Below, in pieces: positions 25,956 through 39,705 of a DNA stretch of 64,000 nt. The position numbers and the translations under genes are program-made. Positions within the stretch are counted from its first letter, which is position 1. Each line of letters begins with the position of its first letter. The notes under the pieces were generated by a model. The model saw nothing but the letters and a program-made list of their open reading frames with translations. It was not told where the DNA came from and made no database searches. The DNA is from Trichosphaerium sp. ATCC 40318 (taxonomy: Eukaryota; Protista; Tubulinea). The stretch lies in assembly GCA_038496445.1 (NCBI GenBank), contig JALMLS010000626.1:1-64000 (forward strand). The letters are read 5' to 3'.

Positions 25956-26574
25956 AGCTCACCAAAGTGTTAATTATTAATTTTGAATATTTTTCAATTT
26001 TTTCAGTTTGATGCTGTGTGCAAAAAAAAGTATCAGAGGCTTTTCGCGGCATGGTAAACATTCTGTAACGATACACCTAGTACTGTTAAACGATAGCCGA
26101 CGTATAAACACAGTATAACGTTATCGACCCTAATTACGACCGCGTATTCCGGTGACATTTTAATAAAGTTCTCTACCGTCTTTTAATGTTGGTTGTACGG
26201 AATATTGTGGAATGTCATCGGAGCACACGGTCCTTTTCAGATTAAAATTAGGGGCTGAAAAAAACACTTGACCAAATTAGTACAAGCAAATCGTACTGGG
26301 GTGTTATCTTCTAGTATAATCATATTACATCATTTAGAACCGAAAACATCGGAGTCTACGATTGTAATCGTACGTTTTTGTTTTGAAATAAAAAAACGTT
26401 AAGAAAAGTGCTTCTAGCGCTCTACTAGACCACTAAAATACAACCCAATCACTTTTAGTGAACCAAAAAAAAAGCAAAAAAAACGGCCATTTGATTTTAA
26501 AATTAATGTAATTTCGTACATATTTTTTTTACAGCAAAGGAAGAAACGGAGTTACTTCGGTTCCGGTCTGTTTC

Positions 26575-28522
26575 ATGGCTTCCTCTATTGAAAGCTTGGG
26601 TAACAGATTGTTATATCCTCAAACCTCTAGTTCGGAGCGGCGCAATAGCCTAGTGTTAATACCAGGTTTGTTAACGGGTGTATACGATAGCCATCTAAAT
26701 ACTTTAGCTCCATGTAAGCCAACGCCAGCTACTTCCTCGCAGATCGTAGCCCCAGGCTCACCACAAATACAAAAAGCGCAACCTACGCAACCTAAAGAAA
26801 GTTCTAGCAGTCGGCATGTCACACAAATCAATTTAAAACAAAAACAAACAAAACAATTCTTGCTTTACTAATTTTTTCATCACGTTACCGGTTTCTAACT
26901 ACCCTATAGCTCTAGAAGTACCAAGGAGACTACAACGAAAAAACGCAAACAAGTTCGGAAAGCTTGCGTGCCTTGTCGAAGAGCGCATGCAGGTTGTGAT
27001 GAAACTAGACCTTGTAAGCGATGCGTAAGGTTAGGTGTACAAGACTGCGTCGACCACGTCCGGAAAAAGCGGAGATACTTTCGTTGTCAACCTACACCAC
27101 AGGAGAAGCATTCAGCGTTCAGTGCGTGGAAGAACAAAAACGTTTTTTTATTTTCTTTCCGAATGGAGGCATCAATGTTTTTTTGATAATACTTCTACGT
27201 CTTCTCATTCGCGTTTTATACGTCCGTAACGCACGGACGCCAATTTTCCGGTATCGCCTTGGGCTTGATTTTTTTCGAAATTCGCTCCAATTTATTCTAA
27301 AATGCGAATCTACGCAAAAAATGCTATTATGTGCCGTTTTATCACTTGCTAGCATTTCTATGACTGACCACTAACAAAAAATCTTAGAACCTCCTCCATT
27401 TGACCCTAACAGCGTTCAAGATGCTGGAAGACCAAGGAACTATGGGGACAGCGGCTTTCTACCAACACCACAGACCTTTACAGCAGCACAACTCAAAGAA
27501 ATCATAGATCCTATAAACGCAAAAGTGCAAACTATATATCGTGATTTAATGACATTAAAGACCGAATTACAACGCGAAAGACAAAAGTCACATCAACTCG
27601 AGCTAAAAGTTCTTGACCTGGAAGAAAGGAGTTTTAACGCTCCAGAGGATCGTACGTTAACCTATTTACGCTTTATTCTTCTCGTTATTATAATTCTTGA
27701 CGCATTGATTCGTGAATCGTGATCATACGCTTCGTTTTGTACTATGTATGCGCTGTATAAGCTAATTCTTTTATTTATTAGTCGCTAAAGCAAAATGGAG
27801 AATATCAAATAGAATGCTTGTCGAGTATACCCCTAAATTCAAGTCTATGCTTGGTTACTCTAAAGAACGCTTAGATAATTTTAGTTGCCACGATCTTTTT
27901 CCACCGTACGTTATTATAAAGAAGGCCAGGCCGGGGTTTTTTTTATCGCATTTTTTTTTCGCTTCAGTTGTTCTTTTTGGGATGTTTTTCCGCTTTGGTG
28001 GCCACTTGTTTTAGCTAACTCGTGAATATAGAGATTTTCAACCGTTTGCGGATCGTTGCTATCAGCAAATGAGAAATATGTTAGAGCAAGGTATTCCAGC
28101 AACATTAACAACAGAAATGCTGTTTGTCACGAGTAAAGGTGATATTGTTCATGTACGCTTTAGGATACTAACCAGATGTGTTTTTTTTTCTTTTTTTCAA
28201 ATCTCAGAAAATTTTTATTTGTCAATAGAGACTTTTTCTGTTTTTTGTTTCTTTTGCCCTTGCTCTTTCTCATTTTTTAAAATAGGTTGGTGTAACATGT
28301 AACATCGAGAATCAGGATGGCGTACCAGTTTATTACGTTATGACTATTAAATTTATTGGCTTGCCAAATGCAGCAGTAAGATTTTTTTGAAGTTTTTTTT
28401 TTGTAACATTTTGTTGTTAAAATTTTTATCAGCAAGTCAACCGTATTGTCGCCGGAGAAGCGGATATTTTCAGACAGTATTTAATGGAAGGCGATACACC
28501 CACTCTTCCTGGTGCCTTGTAA
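26575..28522 (+). CDS. Zn(II)2Cys6 transcription factor with coiled-coil and C-terminal PAS-like domain (ERT1/RDS2-like cluster)
   Basis: KACVPCRRAHAGCDETRPCKRCVRLGVQDCVD. PAS-like FKSMLGYSKERL..SCHDLFP and FVTSKGDIVH. Confidence 0.85.
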
Positions 28523-29060
28523 ATTAAAAAGTGTAAAATAAGATAATTAGACTTCAACGCTCAACAACAAACATAACGCATTTCTTAATCAACTCCGAAC
28601 AATTGACTTATTTGTTCTTTGCTAAAGTACAACATACTCTATGTTTACACTTATTCCTTACATTATAATCACGTGCGCTGAGCAGTTTGGTATTTCTCCG
28701 TGTGACACGGCTGCCTGATCTACCGTATACGTAGGTATAGCTTTAGATTACACCTTTTAGTGGTACAGACAAAAATGGAGGCCAAACTGCGAACTTGTTT
28801 CATAGTAACATGAAATTTGTTACTCAGCAAAAGTTCTTGAAAGGTCAGGTTTTTTTAGTTCTGTTACTATAAAACTACCAATGGAGTCAGCAGGGAAGAA
28901 AAGAAAGATAGATTGTACGCGCGAAAGGTTTCTGTGCTCACCATTACTGAAAATAGCGAAAAATGCGCGTTTAATAGCTGCTTGTATCTATTTGTAACTG
29001 TTGTATACGATATTGTCGCACTACACTACAAAATACCCTTAACTATTATTAGTGGCATCT

Positions 29061-29402
29061 ATGCATGATAAAATGCACATTGAAGGTAGCATAACTACCA
29101 TTTCTGCTGATGTAACAAATTACGTTTATATTTCACTCAAATCAGGTGAAACCCTCGGTACGCGTTATTATAGATTGTGTTTTGGCGTCGTAGATCGTCA
29201 AACATCAAAAAAGCACAATTGTAAAACAAGAACTAAGTTTTGGACTTTAGGCTTTCGAGGAGACATAAACAAGCAGCTTGCACGTATTGTATACAAAGCC
29301 TTTGAAAAAGGATGGCGTGCAACTTTTCTCATAAAACAACCACCTGTCAACACCCACGGCAAAGATTATTATCCTCTGTTGAGTATTGCTTTACAAAGAT
29401 AA
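29061..29402 (+). CDS. Hypothetical intronless protein, ~113 aa
   Basis: Single ORF with protein-like composition; no motif recognised. Confidence 0.45.
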   Translation: MHDKMHIEGSITTISADVTNYVYISLKSGETLGTRYYRLCFGVVDRQTSKKHNCKTRTKFWTLGFRGDINKQLARIVYKAFEKGWRATFLIKQPPVNTHGKDYYPLLSIALQR

Positions 29403-29500
29403 AATGTACAAAGTTTTTGTAAAATTGGTGCTGTACATGCCAGCCTTAACATGTTACGAAGTTAAGTTGTACTTGTGGATAAACTCAGAAAATTACAACA

Positions 29501-30165
29501 ATGCTTAGTAGACTAGCGTGGAGAGCAAATATAGCGTCAAGCAGTCGTACCAATTTGTAAGAGTTAATACAAACAAAAAGTGGCTACAATTCGATTTTAA
29601 CCTCGTACTTTGCATTTTATAAGCTAATTAAGCTATACTGCCGACGTAATAACATAAAATTAGGCGTAGAAAGCAAACCCACAAAACTCAAACAAAACGC
29701 GTTGTTACCCTACGATTACCTGCTCGTGATTATTGTCTTGCGCATGGCACGCCTATTCCAGAGGTTAATGGTATAGTGACATGTAGATGTAAACACAGCT
29801 TCCCAGGCGAAGGACAGATGTGGGTAACAGCCCCAATGAACATGTGTGGCGCGCCTGGATGCCCTAATCCGAATTATTTTATCGATGAATCAATTAAAAA
29901 GCATGGTTCACTTGCAGCAGCTCGTCAAGCAGTGTTTATTGAAGGTAATGCCTCAAAGAAAAAAGAAGAAACAAAAGCATTGGGCAAAGGTGGAGACAAT
30001 GTAATAAGTATTGGTGAAGCTACTGAGGAGGAAAAGATACAAATTAGAAAACAAGCCTTGGAAGCAGAGGCAAAGGAAAAAGCAAGTTTAGATGCTGTTG
30101 TTGTAAAAAAGAAGAAGAAAGTCAAGAAGAAAAAAATAAGAAAATTAAAAGATTCAAACGTGTAG
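29501..30165 (+). CDS. Small Cys-rich basic protein, probable mitochondrial presequence
   Basis: MLSRLAWRANIASSSRTNL, then an intron, then ..YCLAHG..TCRCKH..MCGAPGCPNP.., then a Lys-rich tail. Confidence 0.55.
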
Positions 30166-30393
30166 AAAAAAACAAAGTGTCAGTGTGCGTGAGCACCTCT
30201 TTTTTAGTTATTTTATTGATAACTTTTCTCAGAGTGAGAATTGACATTAGTGAATTTCTCATATACTAACATAGTGTTGATGTATAAAGCATTTATTGAA
30301 TTGCTTACAGGTTATTTCTTGCAAGCACAACTACAACATTGTTGTACAACTTTTCCGTAAAAGGGCCTGTTGTGGAAACAAGTGTTTTCAATT

Positions 30394-32426
30394 TTACTCT
30401 GCTTTATTGTAGATCCAAGCGCGGCTTTCAATTGCTTCCTCACGTGCAGGAGAAGCAGTTATCTCTGTAATAAGTGATTTTACCTCGTCTCCTGTCATGG
30501 TTTTTTTGATTGTAGCGTGAGCTTTAATCTTTGGGAATATCCTTTTTTGTAACGTTAGTGTGATGTGACAGGGAGTGACAAAAAACGCCAGAAACAGGGT
30601 GAAGTTTTTTCTTCTTCTTCGTTTTCTACTTCACAAAAAACCCAAATTGAGTTCTAGTGACGCCATAGAGATAAGAAGACATATGAAGTGTTTTAAATGA
30701 TAATGGCGAGAAAATTTCTTCAGGAGATAAAAACCCCACTCAGTTAAAATGAACGCACCTGACTAAATCCATCTTCCTTGGAATCTTGCTCTTATCTATG
30801 ACAATAATACGTTTTCCGTTAAATTTACTGACTTCTGATGGTACACCATCGTCCCATAGCCAATGTGAGGCGCCTTTATTGTCTCTAGACATAACATTAA
30901 GATAATTCTGTATGCCTTTTTTTTTGATTTTTTTCATTCAAACAAAAGCAATGGATATGACGTACAGTGGGAAGATTGTAGTTTTTTGAAGAATTGTCCA
31001 GTTAGCCATAGTAAGTGAGTATATGTAGAATAAGCCTGGTATTTTCTGAGGACCTTCTCCTTGTAAAACCTAATAAAGAAAATTAGTATTTCTGTACAAA
31101 GCTTAGAGCTTAAGGTGACGTGCCTTCACACCGCGTGCAGGTATCAATGGACCACCAATGGATTTGTCAGCAGTTTGTATAGCATTGGTAATCAGGGCAT
31201 AGAGTTGTCCGTTTGTTGCAATACCACTGATATCGATATTCCAACCTTGGTGAGGACTACTGTAAGCAACAAGTACTGACGTGGCACATGTGCAAAAAAA
31301 AAATCAAGTTTTTTTTACCTTTGTTTTGTGCAGGGTATAATACGGTTATTTCTTCATCTAAGATATTGGCCAATTGGTATATCATAGCAGTCTTTTTTAG
31401 AAATCTCATAGGACGTGCGCAGTTCTGTATTTCTTCATCTCTAAAAAAACACGAAGAAATCAGTTAAAATGAACAAAAAAAAAAAAAAAGAAAAAAAAGA
31501 AGCTCGAATTCGATTTTTTCCTACAGCCCCACACTACCAAACAACGCTGTTACTACCACAAGCGTATGTAATAAACCCATATATACACCACAGTACCATA
31601 TATATATGGTAGTACGACGTAGGGAATAGTAGATCAGTAAACTGTTGAAAAAATGTCTACAAAAAAAAAAGTTTTACTAACGTACCCACGAATTATCTTA
31701 CGAGCCATAGGGCTCTCTAAAATAGCAGCTGTTGGAGCTGACATACCAAACAAGAATTCGCTGACACCCTCAGCGAGGTCTATGCCGTAGTTTGTACATA
31801 GTTCCTTGTATTTGTCATAAAGGGTCTTTGGTGCTTCGTTTAATGCTTGCGTAGACTCCGTTAGTACAAAGCGAAGCAACTCAGCGTATTCGTTTGCAAG
31901 TTCTACTGGAACCTCAGCGTTTTCTAATAGTTTTTAGCTAAAGAGCGCTGTTGTAGGTTAAATAATACTAAAGGAGTAAAGGAGCGCTAGGACTACCTTT
32001 GTGTTCATGTTTAAACAATACACTGAAGGGTTTGAGGAAAAAAGGAAAAATTCTCCGTTTGGCAAAATTTTTTACAATTTTCTCGAGTCTGCAGTTCGCC
32101 TATGCTATAAAAATGCTTTGGCGTAGTAGTACCATTGCCTCGCCCTTTGGTAAACTGCCCATACCTCGTTGAATGCAAGCCCCCATCATGTCCAACGTTG
32201 ACAAGCAAAATCGCGTAAATTGCTGTACGACAACGCCAAAGTCCATTCCTTTTAAGTACAAGCTACTAAGTGTCAATTTTTTGTCATTGTTTTTGTCTCG
32301 CTGCGCGTACAGTTTTTTGATAGTGCGTGCAGCGACTATAGGCAAATAGTGTGGAGAATCAGGCTTCGGTAACTCCTCAGCACGTAGATCTTCGAAAAGC
32401 GAATAAATCTGTTGTAACAATGCCAT
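30394..32426 (-). CDS. Uncharacterised protein resembling a bacterial hypothetical family
   Basis: Multi-exon ORF: LDEEITVLYP..QGWNIDISGIATNGQLYALI..HWLWDDGVPSEVSKFNGKRIIVI..RIFPKIKA. Confidence 0.65.
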
Positions 32427-33499
32427 TGTTGTTGTCCAGTTGAACCTTAGTACGTATGAGGTTATTCGACGCATTTTGTCTTTTGGTGTACCTTGGGTCC
32501 TTTGCAGGCTGCTCTACAAGCTTGCATATTTGTTCCCATTTGTTCCCACTCATAGTTCACCGTTAAAAGTTGCGATTAAGACTGCTGCACCTAAGTTGGG
32601 TTTTTAGTCTGCAAGTCATCGTGTCTAACCCGAACAATAATTCTCATGCTATGTGGTGTTGGGTATGATACATTAGGGTCTTGTAATAGTTCGCATTTGT
32701 TCACATTTGTTTCGAAAATATGGGAGTGGGAGCGAGTAGAGGCCCCTTGTTCGCTTTCGGTGGGGCCCGTCGCTTCCCTCGGGACAAGAATCCGACCTGC
32801 GCTCACAAACTATCAGCCATTGGTGGGTGTGACGTGAAATTTTGTAAAAAAATTCGAACTAAACGCCAACAAAATATGCGAACAATCCCGGTTTACCATT
32901 TAATTCGAATACGTTTTAAAATGCAGTTTTTTGTTGTGAGCAAGTTATTTCTTGCAAGCACGAGACAAACTCGTGATTGTTTTGAGATAAAAGGAAAAAA
33001 CCGAGAAATGTACTGAAATATACAGAAATTGAGAATCGAGAACAAATAGTCTATGACCTCTGAGAATGTAACTCGGCATGTATTATCTCGTCTTCGACCA
33101 CAGATCCAAAGAGTCTCACAACATCAAAATCGTTAGTGTTTCAAACAAAGAATAGTATTTAGCCATTGCAGGTTGGGTGATCTAGGTATTCTATTTCTGT
33201 ACTTGTGTTTGTGTGTTTTTTTCCAATAAATACAGCAATGATGAATACAAGGTGTTTGAATTCAAACTTACCTAATGTTTTTGACCCAAATAAGTTTGGA
33301 TTTGTCATGACAATATGATGAAGCTTTTTTCGTTCAAGGTGAGCGTACAAGTCCGACACTTTGTCATATTTATCCTTTGAATTCAATTAAAGAGCGTGTT
33401 TTGTAAGCCTTGATATTAAACAGGGCAACATCCACTTTTGTTTTGGTGTTGATTTTATTATTCATTTTGTACAGTTGTGTTTTTTTTTTTAAGTACAAG

Positions 33500-36400
33500 T
33501 TATTTTTTTTTGATTTTTGCCAGCAAAGCAGCACCTTTACATAGAATGTCAGTAAAAAATATCCAGAAACAAAATTAAGTTACAAGAAAAAAAACTTACG
33601 CGCTCTAAAAACTTTGGATTGAAGGTAGTAGGAGCCGCCTTTTTCAGGGTCGTTTTTAGAATACAATTCAGTGTATCTCTGCAATAAAGATTAGTTAAAG
33701 TGTAACAACAACAAAATCCAACAAACAATGATACTCGTAGTTTTAAAGGTTGAAAAAAAAACCCTACAGTTCTTTGGGGCACAAAGGATTCACGAACTTC
33801 GTTTAACATAGATGAACGTGCATCAGGTTTTTCCAGAAAAAAAAAAGGAAATGCATTGAATTAACGTTTCCAACGAACCTTTTTAAGCAGTTCCTCTGTG
33901 ATTTCTTCTCCAGGCTCAATACCCAGAATAGACATGGCATCATTAGGCTTCATCTCTTCACCTTTAAGTAAGCCATCAGCTTCTTCTTCTTCAGGTGCGT
34001 CTTCAGCCGCTTCACCAGCTGCAGTATCAGCAGTGGCGGCTTCAGGCTCGTCTATTTCAACCTCGACTTCTTGTTCCTATTGAAGAAAAAAAAGATTAGA
34101 TTTAAGACCAAACATAAATGAACAAAGCGATTATCACCAAAGAAAGAAAAAAATAAGAATACTTACCACTTCTTCCCACTCATATTCTCCTTCTTCAAGC
34201 TCATCCTCTTCGACAACAATGTCATCGATATTGATCTCTTCAAGCTCTATTTCTTCTTCAACTTCAATAGCAATCTTTTCTTCATTGTCTGCCTTGTCAG
34301 CCTCTGGCTTAATCTTAACTCTGAATAAAGGATCTTTGGCTTCTAGATCAGCAAGCACCTCATCTACTGTCCGTTTAGTGTCTCCACTGGCTATCCGTTT
34401 AAATCTTGTTCTTTCATCCGCAGGATCTGGCCTTACCAGGGCTCCAAACCACATAATGATAGAGAAAGAAAACCTTTCAAACAATGATCCAAAAGTATTT
34501 GTAATTTGTGCCACTTGAAGGTCCTTCTTTTTCTCAGGTAGCTTTGTCTCATTCTCTGATGATACAACACCAGTTGGTGCCTGTGTAGATGCTGATGCAG
34601 TTTTGGTTTCAGGTTCAGAATCTGCAGCAGGAGTTTGATCTGAAGGCTTGTCAGACTTGTCTTCAGACTTCTTTTCAGCCGGTTTGTCACCTTCAGGCGC
34701 AGGTTGTTTAGGTTCTTCAGCTGCTACAGAAGGCTCAGATCCCTTGCCATCAGCTTTAGGAGGCGATGACACAACTGTTTCTGCCTTATCTTCAGGTGTA
34801 GCTACATCATGTTTGGGCGTCTCGGGTTTAGGTGCCTTAGTTGCACTCTTTGATGTTTTTGGCTCGGTAGGAGCTTCCGCCTTTGTTTCCACCTTTGTAT
34901 CAGTCTTTGTTTCAGTTTTGGGCGTAGGAGTAACCTTAGGCTTGTCTGGCTTGGCTTTATCTTCAGTTTGCTTTGAAGGTTCATCAGGTTTTGACTCTTC
35001 TTCCTTGCCTTCTTTCGGTTTTTCTTCTGACTTTTCACCGACATCGTCAACAGATTCTTCAGGTTTTGCTTCTTTTGCCTTGGCCTCTGCCTTAGCATGT
35101 TTTTGCCAGTCCGGTAGGTCTGCTTCAGCTTTTGCCTCAGCAGCTGCATTAGCCTGTTTTTGCCATTCTGGAATTTCTTCTTCCTTTTCTTCCTCTTCAG
35201 GTAGATCAGGAAGGCCCATACGTTTCCGTTTAGCTCTAATCTTCTCCTTGTATACTTTTTCAGCTTTTTTCTTTAATTTCTCAAACATCATCTGGCGACC
35301 TATTCAAGGAAAGTGTCAGTTTTGAAATGAAAACTTTGGCTTTTTTTCTTTGTTCGTACGGGCTTCAAGTAACTCTTTCTTTTTGAGTTCCTTTTCCATT
35401 TTTTCTTGCTCTTTTGCTTTCTTTCTATCCTCTATTTCTTTACGCAATAACTCAAGCTCCATTTGTCTCTCTTCTATACGACGTTGCCTTAAAAGAAAAA
35501 AAAATTAGCCAAAAAAAAAAACAAACACAAAACGAAGAACTCTCTAAACCCAAACTTACTGAAAAGCTTCTTTTTCTTTCTCCGCTTGTTCAGCTTGCTT
35601 CCTAGCAAGTTCATCGATTATTTCATCTTCGGTCTTCTCTTCTTTACGTTGTTGAGCCTTCAGCTAAAGAAAAAGAAATTAAAAAAAAACCAACTTATGA
35701 AAGAATTTGAAAAAAAAACTACTAAACACGTACTGCGTCTTCCTTGGCTTGTTTCTCTTTAGCTTCCTTTTCCTTTTTTAGTTCCTTGTTAACTCTCTTA
35801 TAAATACGATCCACCCTAAGCTCTGGGCTTTTAAGTGCTTTCTTTGCATCTTCAAGACGTTGCTGTTCTCTAGCCCGTTCGTCTTGCACCTTTTGATATG
35901 CCTTCACTAATTCTTCGTTCTGTTGGTCCTCTGGATCCTCTTCCAAACCTTTTCCATGTTCACGTTGCTCTTTAATAGCATCAAGTTGACTTTGGTTGCG
36001 TTTTGCCAATATTCGCTTGACCTAAATTTACTACAATCAATACTGCATATTTACAGTAAAAAAAGCGTACCATCTTTTCTTTGAGCCTGACTTGTCTATA
36101 AGAAAAATCTTCACGCTCAAGTAGTTCTTCTAGCTGACTAGTAGCATCATGTCTAAACAAAAATTAACAACAATCAAATAAAGAGAGAAAAAAAATTAAC
36201 TAAAACCATTTATCAAGCAATACGTACCGCATGTCAGCTATGTCTCCAGTCAAATCAGACTTGTTGAGTATTTCTTCTAATTTTACAATCTCGTCTCCGA
36301 GCCTTGGGTAGATATTATTACGATAACATGAAAAGATAAAGCACTTGGCGTCAAGTCATGTTTTTTTGTTTGAAAACACAAAAAAAAAGTAAGATAAATT

Positions 36401-38948
36401 TCAGCGTACCCAACCCTGCCAAGGCCAGAAACAACAGCTGTTAACTTTGGTCCAAGATAGCGATTTACTTTTGTTTCAATATCTTGACATAGCGTAGCCT
36501 GAAGTTCAATAATCTTACTTTGCAATTCACTCATCTTTTTACTCAATTCATTAATCTCATTCTCAGTTTTGTTCAAATCAGAGGACGAACTCTTCAAGTT
36601 CAAAAATGTGGACGTCAATGCTTGTGTTTTCTTCATGAATTGTTGCTTCTCTTCATAAATGACTAAAATCTCCTTGTACGTAGGATGTGATAGAAATTCA
36701 GATACAGATTCAGCTGGGAGTGATTGCATAATAGATACAAAGTCGTGTTTGGTCTCAAGGTGAGATACTTGTTGCTGTATTTCTCTAAGGCGCAGGTACT
36801 CATTTTTTAAAATTTGGCCATCTAGAATAACATACTATTAGGATAAACATAATATAATAAAAACAAAGTGTAACTGGTTCGAAGTCTTTTTTTTTTCCCT
36901 TCAAAAAAGTTTGCAAGTACTAACCGTTTGCAGTAGAATACGAGGTAGAGAAGAGCGTAGTTTTAATATTTCTCCACATCGCTTTGGCCACTTTAGTTGT
37001 ACCTTGCTCAAATGGAAAAAATCCTGTAAAAGAAATAAGAAAGAGCATGTGAGAGCAGAGAGATATATACAAAAAATGAAGTAAAAGTGGCTCCTTGTAT
37101 TGGTTTGCAGCGCACACACCTCACACGCATGTGCAATTTGATGCTGCTGCTGCAGGAAGCATATTGCTTAATCAGTAAACGTACCGCTGTGTGACATTTT
37201 ATCGTCTGCTTCTTTTTTGGCAAAACTAGCAGCTGTACGTGCTCTGCTGTTTTCAAGAGTTTTCTCATATCCAACCTTTGCAACAGATGGTGCTGTACAC
37301 TCTTCAACAAAAAACTGAAAAAGCTGCCATGCAGTCTTTTTCTTAAGGTTTGTGTCAATGAACTTATCTGCCTCTAAATCGCTTATACGTCTAAGTTCTG
37401 ATCTTCGATTTTCAATAGAGTCAAGAGTTTTAAGTACACCGCTCAAGTTTCCACCATTTTCTTTCAATATCTTGTACATTTTCTTTGCTCTTGTTTCTCT
37501 GTCAAGCATTTCTTTGTACTCTTCCATATTTTCCGTGAATGTATCAAAAGCAGGTTCTTTATAACTGCTACGAATCTAAAAAATTGTGAAAAAAAATTGA
37601 TTGTATTCAAAAAAAGAAAAATAAAGCACGTACCAATTCAAGTAGTGTTGATCTGAAAAAGCCTTGTTCTACTGGTTGTGAAGCATAGTTTTTTGGTTTG
37701 TTTAAATAATGGGATTCAATAACTTTATCTACCCACTGGTCTAGATACTTGTCATCATTCAATAACTTTTCTGCTTCAGCTTCAAGCTTTTCATGAATCA
37801 ATTTTGACAACACAGACTTTCTATTATACAATGAAGCTCCTTCATACATCTTGAGCTTTTTTGTGGCTTTTTCGATACCTAAAATAAAATTAAAAATTGA
37901 ATCTCTAGATAACTAACATTGCAAATGACAACGTTTGTTTAAACTTTCAATACGGAAAAAAAATCCAAAAAAAAAATAAGATTTAAACAACAAACCTTCT
38001 TCCAACTCATTGAGCTTATAACTTTCCGTCATTGAAAGCTTTTGTATGTTCGCTACGATACACGTCAATATAAGGCAAGCTTAAAAAAGAAAAATGATTT
38101 GACGTACGTCGGTCATTATAATCAGGAATTTCGTTTGGGAGGAAATCTACGCTATTAATCTCAGGATCATATGTTTTGAACCCTTTTAAATGATGCTCCA
38201 GCACCGACCTTTCATTAACCTGAAGGAGAAAAAAAAAATCAATACAGTGACATATTTTTTGACTGAAGACAAGGTTTTCTGCATACTTCTGAACCCAGTG
38301 ATCTAAAGTCTTGTCTCTTGTTAACAAGCTTTTCGTTTATAGCTTGCCACATCTTATTACGATCGGGAGAAAGACCATTCTTGAGTATGACGTAAGAACC
38401 AAAAGAAGAAATAATTCGTCTTTTACGCACGATTCTTTGTTTTGAAAGTATTGCGTCTCTTTCAGCGTTTAGCGAAATGATTTGGTTGGACACTTCTGCA
38501 ATCTTGGTATTGATTTCATCCTCTACAAGGTTTGTTTGTGCAACCCATGATTCTTTCATAATACTGATGAAGCCATTGCTTTTTTCAGAACCAATGCGTT
38601 TCACTACCCTTAGCTTAGCGTTTTGTAGCGTAAATTGTTGTAATCGCTACCTTTCCGCAACAATCGCGTCCTAACCCTCCATTTACTCGGTGGAAGACCT
38701 ATGCGAGTGCCAATGTTGAGCGGCACGGCGTATTTGTATGCTTCGATTGGAAACGCATCTAAAACTCGTCAAAATTGATACTACAATAATACAACGCACC
38801 CTTCGCAGCTGTTTCTGAAAAAAATGTTCTGTTTGGGTTATCACGACTTTTGTTATTGTGGTAGTCGCGCAGCCTGCTTCCCGCTGACCGAAATACGCGC
38901 TAAAGCGTCAGTAAAGTTTTAATGGCCAAAATATCGTACCAAGAACAT
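33500..38948 (-). CDS. Very large coiled-coil/low-complexity protein with C-terminal Pam16-like J-like domain and N-terminal mitochondrial presequence
   Basis: C-terminus MKPNDAMSILGI..ELLKK|RYTELYSKNDPEKGGSYYLQSKVFRA. N-terminus MFL|RVFRSAGSRLR. The exon junctions I checked join in frame. Confidence 0.7.
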
Positions 38949-39075
38949 CCAGTCAGCGTACTTTGTCACCCAGGTATCACGGCATGAAATACGTGAGATG
39001 AACTCAAAATCCGCTTGGCATTCGCTTAAAATATTTGAAAGCAACTTAAGAAAACAAAAAAACCGAACCCCAACC

Positions 39076-39705
39076 ATGTCAGAGCCATCATCCAATAAGC
39101 CGGCTGTAAAGTCCATTCTCAAAACAAAAAAAGAGAAGCAACCAAAGAAGTACGTAAATTGAGGCTGCCAAAAACACCTCCAAGCGTAGCTAGTTACCGA
39201 TCAAACTTAAATTTTGCCCAAAACATTACATAACGTAACTTACCGTTTTATTGGTTAATTTGCTGTAAAAATCGCTAACACGCTAGGCCTGGTATAGTTT
39301 GGGATGAAGAAAACCTCACAGTAAACGAAGCCAACAAAAGTGCCACAATGAAAATTGATGAACCAGAAACACCATACCATTACTTGTCTGAATCTGAAGA
39401 AGATGAACTCGAGGAGGATCAAGAAAAAGAACAGGTGCCCAAATTCCACTAGTTTTAGTTATGCCGGCTGACGTTAACGACCTTAGGGCGAATTGAACGT
39501 TGACGCATTGCAAGCAAAGCTCATGGTAGCTGCAGAAGCGCAACAGAAAGGAGAAGAACTTGCTGGTGAGGAAGCAAACATGAAAAAAGAAGCAGTAAAA
39601 CGTGATGAATTCGAACGCAAGCGCAAAGCCCATTATCGCTTAGAGCCTGGTGTATTAACAAAAAAAGCAACAAAAGACAACACCAAGCATAACAAAAACT
39701 TGTAG
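39076..39705 (+). CDS. PPP1R2: Protein phosphatase 1 inhibitor-2
   Basis: KSILK, VWDEENL, MKIDEPETPY, FERKRKAHY. Confidence 0.92.

Noticed and set aside
32620-32810. SRP, RNase P or telomerase RNA (CTAACCCGAAC; GTCCCGAGGGAAGC on minus strand)
   Set aside because: Only partial motif matches; the required conserved partner motifs are missing.
33040-33460. Minus-strand ORF fragments with a GTAAG donor
   Set aside because: Frameshifts and stops with no recognisable domain; possibly pseudogene debris.
34219-35325. Long Ser/Phe/Ala-rich plus-strand ORFs (also 286-918 minus and similar)
   Set aside because: Antisense shadows of K/E-rich coding exons.
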